24,000 bases of DNA. It comes from an uncultured Rubrobacteraceae bacterium. GTDB lineage: Bacteria; Actinomycetota; Rubrobacteria; Rubrobacterales; Rubrobacteraceae. Of this stretch, positions 17,557 to 24,000 are shown one piece after another (position 1 is the stretch's first letter; each line of letters begins with the position of its first letter). The position numbers and the translations under genes are program-made. Where the stretch lies: positions 35,676-59,675 of the forward strand of contig CAWEHD010000002.1 in NCBI GenBank assembly GCA_963808845.1, given 5' to 3'. The notes below the pieces were generated by a model. The model saw only the letters and a program-made list of their open reading frames with translations. It was not told where the DNA came from and ran no database searches.

Positions 17557-17835
17557 ATGATGAGTAGGGAGAGGACCGGCGCCTCGGACTCGGAAGAGAA
17601 GATCCCAGAGGCCTGGATCGGCCAGGAGGTAATGATCGAGACCACGGAGGTCCTCTCAAGCGATCTGCGTGCTTCTGCCCCAGTGTACCTGGAGGACGTC
17701 AACGAGCGGGGCGTCGTCATGCTTGTGACGCGCCACCGCGATCAGAACCAGTTCTCCCGCTATTTCTATCCCTGGAGCGTGGTTGGCTGGATCCGCCTAG
17801 CGGAGGAGGAGCCGCGAGCTGCTGACTCCTCCTAG
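17557..17835 (+). CDS. small hypothetical protein (92 aa)
   Basis: ATG preceded by AGAGGGAG. No recognisable domain. Codon usage is GC3-rich like its neighbours. Confidence 0.5.
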   Translation: MMSRERTGASDSEEKIPEAWIGQEVMIETTEVLSSDLRASAPVYLEDVNERGVVMLVTRHRDQNQFSRYFYPWSVVGWIRLAEEEPRAADSS

Positions 17836-17991
17836 GCGGCGCGCTATCCAGCGAACCTCGTAGAAGGGGCTTTCTGCGAACTTCGCCATGACGGAGTTCT
17901 CAGAAGTTCTGGTCTATCCTTCGGCTGAGAATTGACCTCACAAGAGGCGGTTATGGGTCGTTGGTCCGGTGATGTCGCCCTCCTCGGGAGG

Positions 17992-18539
17992 TCAAGGGGG
18001 TTTTGTCTCGCTGGTCGGAGGTTCGGCATCCCTATTGTGCTCGTCCTTGAGCTTCGCGTCATTTTGTGTGTGGCGAACCATCGCCGAAGCCTTCACCGAT
18101 CCCGACCGCCCTGCAACCTCGCGAATCTGACGCTTTATGAACCGTCCCTGCTCGCTGCTCTCGGGAAATTCCCCGTAAAGCCTCTGAAGGCGCTCTTGCT
18201 CGAGCGTCCAGTCCGCGAGAGAGGGAGTCGAGGCTTTCGAGCGAAGCACCCTCAAGCCCATGCTCGAACTCGCTTTCCCCCGTGTCTCTTGCCCACCCCA
18301 GCGACAGATGCACCGGACCTTGCTGCTTGGGGGGCTCCCGCGAGCCGAGTAGCTCTTCGGGTGCCACGCCCAAAGCCAAAGCCAGCTTACCGAGGGTGCC
18401 AGAGTGCGGACGCCCTGATCTTGCCGGTCTCGATGCCGGAGACCGTGGTAGGACTTAGACCAGCCTCTCGAGCCAACCTCGCCTGTGTCCACATCCGCAG
18501 CCGACGGACATTTTCCACACGCTCACCTATGTCGGTCAC
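17992..18539 (-). pseudogene. XRE-family helix-turn-helix regulator, needs two frame changes
   Basis: GTG at 18539 (GAGG upstream) gives VTDIGERVENVRRLRMWTQARLAREAGLSPTTVSGIETGKI. It continues as RPHSGTLGKLALALGVAPEELLG in a second frame (switch at CCC 18413-18415). It then continues as WTLEQERLQRLYGEFPESSEQGRFIKRQIREV... in a third frame (switch near 18230). Confidence 0.6.
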
Positions 18540-18616
18540 ACTCGCACCTCGTCTCTAACGATTAACGAGAGCATACCATAAACTGTACGATAAACCTATT
18601 ATTACTGTATACGTCC

Positions 18617-18638
18617 AGAAAATCTTCGCGAATTTTCT
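18617..18638. promoter_or_regulatory. near-perfect 22-nt palindrome AGAAAATCTTCGCGAATTTTCT between the XRE gene and hsp20
   Basis: 7-bp arms AGAAAAT/ATTTTCT flank the self-complementary TTCGCGAA. It lies 14 nt upstream of the predicted hsp20 -35 box. Confidence 0.35.
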
Positions 18639-18651
18639 CGAGATAATCTGA

Positions 18652-18680
18652 TTGAAAATTGTATTAAGAGGGTATATGAT
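18652..18680 (+). promoter_or_regulatory. sigma-70-like promoter TTGAAA-17 nt-TATGAT for hsp20
   Basis: -35 at 18652-18657 and -10 at 18675-18680, about 50 nt upstream of the hsp20 ATG. Confidence 0.45.
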
Positions 18681-18730
18681 GGTTGCGCAGAAGGGAGGTC
18701 CCGGTTGAGGGGCCACGGAGAGAAGGAGGT

Positions 18731-19195
18731 ATGAGGATCATGTTGAGGCCTTTCCGTGGGTTCTATGACGTGCAGGGCGAGGTGGATCGCCTCTTCAACG
18801 AGATGGTAGGTAGTCCGAGCCGTCGGCGGGGGCGTCAGGAAGGTCAGCAGGTCGCCCAGTGGGCGCCGGCGATGGACGTAATCACCAAGGACGGGAACTT
18901 GGTGATTCGCGCCGAGCTTCCGGGCATCAAGCTTCAGGACGTGGACATCACCCTGCAGAATGGGGTCTTGACCATCTCGGGCGAGCACAAGGCCGACCAG
19001 GAAGAGGAGCGGGGTGGTTACCATGTCAGGGAGCGCCGCTATGGTTCCTTCCGTCGCAGCATGACGCTCCCGGAGGGCACGGACGAGAGCAAGATCCACG
19101 CCCGCTTCGAGGATGGTGTGCTCGAAGTTACCGTGGAGGGAGCCGCGGTAGAGCAGGCCCCCAAGCACATCGAGATAGAGAGCTCGAGCAGCTAA
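18731..19195 (+). CDS. Hsp20/alpha-crystallin family small heat-shock protein
   Basis: ATG at 18731 preceded by GAAGGAGG. PAMDVITKDGNLVIRAELPGIKLQDVDITLQNGVLTISGEH...YGSFRRSMTLPEG...ARFEDGVLEVTV is the alpha-crystallin domain. Confidence 0.9.
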   Translation: MRIMLRPFRGFYDVQGEVDRLFNEMVGSPSRRRGRQEGQQVAQWAPAMDVITKDGNLVIRAELPGIKLQDVDITLQNGVLTISGEHKADQEEERGGYHVRERRYGSFRRSMTLPEGTDESKIHARFEDGVLEVTVEGAAVEQAPKHIEIESSSS

Positions 19196-19419
19196 AGCCT
19201 CGGCGAGAAGGCAAGGGACCGGCGGGGCCGCCATGAAGCGGTCCCGCCGTTTGCGGCTCGAAAGCCCTCGGAGGTATCCCTGTGCAATGAGGGTTGCAAT
19301 GTAGCCCAGACGGCGGCTGTTGGGCCCGCGAGTCTAACGGAAGATGCGAGGCGCAAGGGGAAGAAGGTTGAGACTAAATGTCTCGACACTTGCCCTTATT
19401 CACCGGAGTGCGTGGAAGG

Positions 19420-19757
19420 GGACAGCGTGTTGAAAAAGTCGGCGCTGAGTTGAAAGTGACTACGAATCGGGCTCCAGAAGCTCCAAAAGCCCCAAATACG
19501 GTGTGTTTGGGGCCCGATCTGGGGTCGAAGCGGGCATAGAGGGAGTTTTTCAACAGTGCACCATGGCCCTTGTTGCAGGGCCACCCCGAAGCCATGAAAA
19601 TGGATCCGTCGCCTAAAGCTGACGTCGGCCCTGACTGGTGCCCTACACATAGTCAGAGAGTGAGCCCGTTCAACAGTGTGACGCTGGAGCCTCAGGTACA
19701 CCGAACTGTTGCCTTACTAGAGCACGAACACCAGACTCTTTAGAGAAGAGGCTCCTC
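19420..19757 (+). ncRNA. candidate bridge/seek RNA region in the 5' non-coding arm of the IS110 element
   Basis: More than 300 nt without a credible ORF. Two copies of TTCAACAGTG (19549-19558, 19668-19677) are each followed by a complementary TGTTG/ACTGTTG 15-27 nt downstream, forming two stem-loops. Placement follows the known IS110-group architecture. Confidence 0.3.
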
Positions 19758-19823
19758 TTGGCGACGAGAAGGGAGCACGGCACCCGACCGAAAGGAGACG
19801 GATGTGGAAAGGATCGTCGAGCG

Positions 19824-21053
19824 ATGCGCCTTATGCTCGACGTGCACAAGAGCTCGGTCACCGCGTGCGTGAGGATCCCTGATGAGAGCGGGACCCTTCA
19901 CCAGGAGATCCGAGAGTTCGCTACCACCACTCGAGGGCTCTTGCTGCTGAGGGACTGGCTGGCTTCCTTCGAGGTGGGGTTGGTGGGCATGGAAGCCACC
20001 GGGGTCTACTGGAAGCCCATCTACTACATGCTCGAAGACGACTTCGAGTTGTGGCTTCTCAACGCCCGCCACCTCAAGAACGTCCCCGGCAGGAAGACCG
20101 ACGTCAAGGACGCCGAGTGGATCTGCCAGCTCGTGGAGCACGGGCTGGTGCGCCCCAGCTTCGTGCCACCGAAGGAGATCCGGGAACTTAGGAACCTCAC
20201 CCGCTACCGCAAGGCACAAGAATCGAGGAGCGCACAAGGGAGGTCCAACGTCTTGAGAAGGTGCTCCAAGATGCCGGGATAAAGCTCTCTTCTGTGGCCA
20301 CCCGCGTGCTTGGTGCCTCAGGAAGAGCGATGCTCGATGCGCTGGTTGGCGGGACAACCGACCCGGAGGTACTGGCGGAGTTGGCCCGGGGCCGCCTTCG
20401 CTCCAAGCTGCCCGCGCTGAGGGATGCTCTGGAGGGAAGCTTCTCCTCCCATCATGCCCTCATGGTGGGCAAGATAGTGGCCCACATCGACTACCTCGAT
20501 GAGTCAATAGGTGATCTTAGCGTAGAGATCGAGCGGGTGAACTTCGCCCCTTTCTCAGAGGAGGTCGAACTCCTCGACACTATCCCGGGCGTCAACCGCA
20601 GGACGGCTGAGACCCTGATCGCGGAGATCGGGGTGGACATGAGCCAGTTTCCTACCCATCGCCACCTGGCCTCGTGGGCTGGGATGTGCCCCGGCAACGA
20701 GGAGTCGGCGGGCAAACGTCGCTCGGGCAAGACCCGTAAGGGCTCGAAGTGGCTCAGGAGCGCGCTGACCGAGTCGGCTCGCGCCGCGGCACGCTCCAAA
20801 GGGACCTACCTTGCGGCGCACTACGCCCGCCTCAGAGGCCGGCGTGGTTCCAAGAAAGCTGCCGTTGCGGTGGGGCACTCGATCCTGGTGATCTGCTACC
20901 ACGTGCTGGAGCGGCACAGTGCCCTATGAGGAGCTCGGCGAGGATTACTTCGACCGGCAACGATCCAGCGAGGCGTACACGAAGCGGTTGGTCCGTCAGC
21001 TGGAGCGACTCGGTCACAAGGTAGCGCTCGAACCCTTACCCCAATCCGCATAG
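19824..21053 (+). pseudogene. IS110-family DEDD recombinase/transposase, needs two frame changes
   Basis: MRLMLDVHKSS...GMEATGVYW...GRKTDVKDAEWI... reads in the first frame. IEERTREVQRLEKVLQDAGIKLSSV...IPGVNRRTAETLIAEIG...SWAGMCPGNEESAGKRRSGK... follows after a switch at about 20218-20222. VPYEELGEDYFDRQRSSEAYTKRLVRQLERLGHKV follows after a switch at about 20916-20921. Confidence 0.8.
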
Positions 21054-21223
21054 GAGGCCGCCTACTCGACCGGATTTTCACACCAGGCTGGGGAATTCTG
21101 CGAACTTCGGGGAGTGACACGCAGCGAATCTAGTAAATGGCTCGCTCTCTTGCATGTTTGCGCGGTCTCCGGGCGCGGGTATGACACGAAGGTCCACAGT
21201 GCGCAAGCGAGGAGTACGAAAGC

Positions 21224-21493
21224 ATGAACAAGAAGCAGCTGATCGAACAGATGGTCGAGCACACCGACTCACCCAAGAGCGAAGCCGAGAAGCACTTGGA
21301 GGCTTTCACGTCGACCATATCCGCGGCGCTCAAGGCGGGCGAGGAGGTCCAGATTCCGGGCTTTGGGAAATTCTACGTCCGCGATCAGAAGGCTAGGGAA
21401 GGCAGGAATCCGCAGAGCGGGGAGAAGATGAAGATTGCGGCCTCCAAGGTTCCGGCCTTCAAGGCGGGCAAGTCTTTTAAGGATTCGATCTAG
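21224..21493 (+). CDS. hup: HU-family nucleoid-associated DNA-binding protein
   Basis: MNKKQLIEQMVEHT...IPGFGKFYVRDQKAREGRNPQSGEKMKIAASKVPAFKAGKSFKD is the canonical HU/IHF fold signature. Shine-Dalgarno GAGGAG lies upstream. Confidence 0.9.
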   Translation: MNKKQLIEQMVEHTDSPKSEAEKHLEAFTSTISAALKAGEEVQIPGFGKFYVRDQKAREGRNPQSGEKMKIAASKVPAFKAGKSFKDSI

Positions 21494-21506
21494 TAGCGCA
21501 CTGGGC

Positions 21507-21533
21507 GGCCGGAGTCCTAAGTCGGCTCCGGCC
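21507..21533 (+). terminator. GC-rich hairpin GGCCGGAG-N11-CTCCGGCC after hup (no U-tract)
   Basis: Perfect 8-bp stem 14 nt after the hup stop. Its first 13 nt (GGCCGGAGTCCTA) recur at 23829-23841. Confidence 0.3.
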
Positions 21534-21547
21534 GATCGACATTCTTC

Positions 21548-22680
21548 ACTCACCTTACGCACGGACTTGAGATAGCCGCAGATCCTGTAACTCTTGAAAA
21601 GCTGCTTGAACGGCTTTGACACACAACCGAGAACGAAGGGCGAAGTGGTTCATCTCCGTGGTGAGCTTCATCCGTTCAAACTTCACGAACGCCCAGATCG
21701 AGGCGAAGACGTGATTGCCCTGCGTTCTGATGGTCTTGGTCGGCGACCTGGCGAGTGCGGCATTTACCTTCAACGACTTATGATACTCCTCCACTTTCCA
21801 CCGTCCTTGGTAGATCGTGCTCATTCGCTCGTAATCGAGGGTCAGGTCGCTGCCAACCAGATACACAACGCCTTCGCTTCCGTCCTCGTTCTTGAAGACT
21901 CGCTTGCATAGGAGCAGCGCGAAGCCCACTTGCTCCAGATAGACCTTCATCACCGTGTTCGGCTCCAGTTCCAGAGATCCGACTCGCTCGTAGGCTCCCT
22001 GCTTCTTGTACTCTAAGCTCAGAGCCACCTTGCGGTTACTCTTTACTGGCATGATGAACTCTTTTTCAAACTCCTCCTTTATGTAGCTCATGTTCTCCGA
22101 GGCCGAATACCAGACATCCGAGAGGACGTAGCGGAATTTCAGCCGGTTGTTCTGGCAAGCTGAAAGCATCCTTCTATACATCTCGTTGTTGGTCTGATGT
22201 GAGGGCTCTTCCTTTGCCACTTCTTTCGTTTGTCGTTGAAGATCCACTCGCTCTTTTTGACCAACTCGAAGGCCACCGGGAGGGAGGTCTCCCCCGCCTG
22301 GTAGAGTGCGCTAATGAGGTTAATGCCCTTGACGGATCGACCTTTTGAGTGATCGTAGTGCCAACAGAGGAGCTCGCTTTCGTCGGTGTAGGGCTTCTCC
22401 TCGATGGTGTCGTCGATGATCAGCACGCCGCTCTGTTCGCTCTCGTCTTCTAGCTGACGCACCATCGGCTTCACCAGCTGCCACAACGCGGCTGAACCGA
22501 ACTCCTCGGAGGCGAGGAAGCGGGTGATCCTGTCGTGGGATACGGCTCCAGAGGTCATCGCCGAGAGGCCGGTGGCGGTGGTGTGGGAAAAGGCGCTCAA
22601 CAGGTAGTCGGAGTACAGTTCGAGAAGCTCTCTGTTCATCATGCTCCAACTCTACACTCTGGCTCCTGCGTAAGGTGAGT
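21548..22680 (-). mobile_element. IS701/IS4-like insertion sequence with perfect 14-bp terminal inverted repeats
   Basis: ACTCACCTTACGCA at 21548-21561 and its reverse complement TGCGTAAGGTGAGT at 22667-22680. Visibly lower GC than the surrounding DNA. No obvious target-site duplication. Confidence 0.75.
21555..22642 (-). pseudogene. DDE transposase (IS701/IS4-like), needs one frame change
   Basis: ORF 22139..22642 (VLIIDDTIEEKPY...HSKGRSVKGINLISALY...PVAFELVKK) and ORF 21555..22247 (FRYVLSDVWYSASENM...YQGRWKVEEYHKSLK) join at about 22223-22227, where an A/T run is one base short. Confidence 0.75.
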
Positions 22681-22729
22681 TAGGTAAGCGGGTTTCTAAC
22701 TCCGGCTAACCCCGGAAAACACCACGGTT

Positions 22730-22777
22730 CGGTTTCCTAAACCGCGAGTCGGAGGTTCGAATCCTTCCAGGCGCGCT
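22730..22777 (+). repeat. 48-bp direct repeat copy 2 (partial tRNA-Arg 3' part), attR-like
   Basis: Identical to 15806-15853. The 5' half of the tRNA is absent here. Confidence 0.9.
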
Positions 22778-22863
22778 TTCGAAAGTGCTGCAAACAGTGG
22801 GAAAATGAGCGAGCCTCGGTCCAGCGCCGGGGCTCGACTACACCACCTACTACACCAACGCAG

Positions 22864-23208
22864 CTACCCGAGCGCGGCGTCCATCGCGCCGGCGGCGTCT
22901 CCCATGTCGGGGAGTATGTGCGAGTAGACGTTTAGAGTAAGGCTTATGTCCGCGTGGCCTAGAAGTTCCTGGACGTTGCGTCCCTTACCGGACTTGGGAG
23001 CCTCGAAGATCCAGCCGCCCTTCGGCTCGGAGAGCATGCGGCGTACCTGTAGCGTCTCGGCTTCGAGGTCCAGGTCATCCCATTTGAGCCCTTGTAACTC
23101 GCTACGTCTGAGCCCGGCGGCGAGACTAATCGCACGGCTCGCCCTCGGCTTCTTTGTGGGAGCGGCCCTTGCATTTCTTGCCCTGAAGTACCTGTAGGAT
23201 AGGGACAC
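22864..23208 (-). pseudogene. tyrosine integrase relic lacking the N-terminal domain and with an internal deletion
   Basis: ISLAAGLRRSELQGLKWDDLDLEAETLQVRR...APKSGKGR joins directly to NVQELLGHADISLTLNVYSHILPDMGD. The segment that should hold the H-x-x-R box is missing. The 3' end lies 86 nt from the tRNA repeat copy 2. Confidence 0.6.
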
Positions 23209-23239
23209 AGTGGGGGCTTTCGGGCTCCTGCCCAGATCG

Positions 23240-23248
23240 TGGTATAGT
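23240..23248 (+). promoter_or_regulatory. extended -10 promoter element TGgTATAGT upstream of csp
   Basis: TG at 23240-23241 and TATAGT at 23243-23248. This would give a ~110-nt 5' UTR, as is usual for cold-shock genes. Confidence 0.4.
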
Positions 23249-23360
23249 AATGATGCAGTTAGAGATGTGGGTTTTATGGTGACCGAAGCGCCGCCCTCAA
23301 CGAGAGGAGCGGTTTTTTTATTGCGGTGGAGCCCCCAAGAGAGAAAGGTGGGCTCCAGAT

Positions 23361-23564
23361 ATGGCCCAAGGAACGGTAAAGTGGTTCAGCGACGACAAAG
23401 GCTACGGCTTCATCACCCCCGACGAGGGTGGCGAGGACCTTTTCGTGCACCATTCGGGTATTGTAGGCAACGGCTTCAAGAGCCTTGATGAGGGCGCCAA
23501 GGTCTCCTACGAGGCGAGCCAAGGCCAGAAGGGCATGCAGGCGGACAACGTCTCCGCCGTTTAG
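23361..23564 (+). CDS. cspA: cold-shock protein (CspA family)
   Basis: [34 protein letters not shown]... carries the RNP1 (KGYGFI) and RNP2 (LFVHH) motifs. Confidence 0.95.
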   Translation: MAQGTVKWFSDDKGYGFITPDEGGEDLFVHHSGIVGNGFKSLDEGAKVSYEASQGQKGMQADNVSAV

Positions 23565-23663
23565 CCAGCCGGGCTATCGACGGGTAACCGCATCGATGGT
23601 TGGGTGCATACTCCGATAGGTGAAGTCGCGAATAGATACACACCTCAGAGAAGGGTGATCAAT

Positions 23664-23807
23664 ATGGCCGACGTAGGCAAGAAGGTCAAAGAGGCGGCGA
23701 CGAAAGCCGCCAAAGACAAGGTGTCCGGTGACAAGAAAGGCAAGGGCACCAAAGGCTCAGAAAGCGGCGTGGACAAGGCCAAGAGAACCCTCAAGAACCG
23801 CGTCTGA
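23664..23807 (+). CDS. small Lys-rich protein (47 aa), weakly CsbD-like
   Basis: ATG at 23664 preceded by AGAAGGG. MADVGKKVKEAATKAAKDKVSGDKKGKGTKG.... A terminator follows. Confidence 0.45.
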   Translation: MADVGKKVKEAATKAAKDKVSGDKKGKGTKGSESGVDKAKRTLKNRV

Positions 23808-23811
23808 GGTA

Positions 23812-23864
23812 GAAGAGCCTGATTATTGGGCCGGAGTCCTACGGGGCTTCGGCTCTTCATTTTG
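23812..23864 (+). terminator. intrinsic terminator GAAGAGCC...GGCTCTTC followed by ATTTTG
   Basis: 8-bp outer stem (23812-23819 with 23851-23858) enclosing a GC-rich inner hairpin, then a T-run. Confidence 0.5.
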
Positions 23865-24000
23865 CAAGCGCGGGCCCAGGTTTCCCGACTCCCCAGTTAC
23901 TTATTGCTGTGCGGTTAACGGGGTGTACACATGAGTCGCTGAGTTCAGCGTAAGTGGCCGAAGCGCTCTGTGAGCCCGGCATGCAGGCGAGCGGTACCGA

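Larger units (their letters stand above)
19400..21060 (+). mobile_element. IS110-family insertion sequence (ends not resolvable by eye)
   Basis: DEDD-type recombinase gene with a long upstream non-coding arm and a short downstream arm. No terminal inverted repeats, as is usual for the family. Confidence 0.6.
15854..22729. mobile_element. ~6.9 kb integrated island between the tRNA-Arg direct repeats (decayed integrative element)
   Basis: Bounded by the perfect 48-bp repeat. Contents are a primase-like DUF3987 relic, an XRE regulator relic, HU, hsp20 and two IS elements. Confidence 0.6.

Noticed and set aside
17872-17885. 14-mer TTCTGCGAACTTCG repeated at 21096-21109
   Set aside because: About one or two such 14-mer coincidences are expected by chance in 24 kb on both strands. 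The flanking similarity is weak and the positions do not coincide with any element boundary I can define.
18617-18638. Resemblance of the hsp20 upstream palindrome to the eukaryotic heat-shock element (nGAAnnTTCnnGAAn)
   Set aside because: Bacteria lack HSF, so the resemblance is most likely coincidental. The palindrome is kept only as a candidate bacterial operator.
1-24000. CRISPR arrays, rRNA genes, retron/DGR-type reverse transcriptases, large tandem repeats
   Set aside because: I looked for regularly spaced direct repeats and RT motifs on both strands. None were found beyond the features listed.

Overview
High-GC bacterial chromosomal segment. The gene content looks Actinomycetota-like, possibly Rubrobacter-like, but that is a guess I cannot verify here. 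The left ~13.9 kb carries ordinary and accessory genes: a PD40-repeat protein tail, a small membrane protein, and a minus-strand operon of a 2-phosphoglycerate-kinase-like ATP-cone protein, YtxH and GNAT. It then carries a frameshifted DUF4126 gene, glycine-tRNA ligase, and a VapBC toxin-antitoxin pair. A tightly packed minus-strand cluster follows (betaine-type binding lipoprotein, nucleotidyltransferase-like gene, metallophosphoesterase, APC permease), two of whose four genes need frame corrections. After that come a PadR plus membrane-protein operon, a transposase remnant, and an AraC regulator divergent from a SAM methyltransferase. The right ~10 kb is an integration hotspot around tRNA-Arg(CCT). 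It holds an intact solo TnpB (IS200/IS605-type) element with matching end hairpins, wedged between gene fragments (Rrf2, MFS, integrase). Downstream of the tRNA lies a ~6.9 kb island bounded by a perfect 48-bp direct repeat of the tRNA 3' part. The island carries a decayed DUF3987 primase-like gene, a Q-rich protein, a small ORF, a frameshifted XRE regulator divergent from hsp20, a doubly frameshifted IS110-family element with a long 5' non-coding arm, an HU gene, and a lower-GC IS701/IS4-like element. A second integrase relic, a csp gene and a small Lys-rich ORF follow. I found no CRISPR array, rRNA, or clearly novel multi-gene system. The most checkable leads are the tRNA island architecture, the TnpB and IS110 RNA-guided elements, an unusual palindrome between the XRE gene and hsp20, the binding-protein/NTase/phosphoesterase/permease cluster, and the non-random clustering of at least 12 frameshifts.
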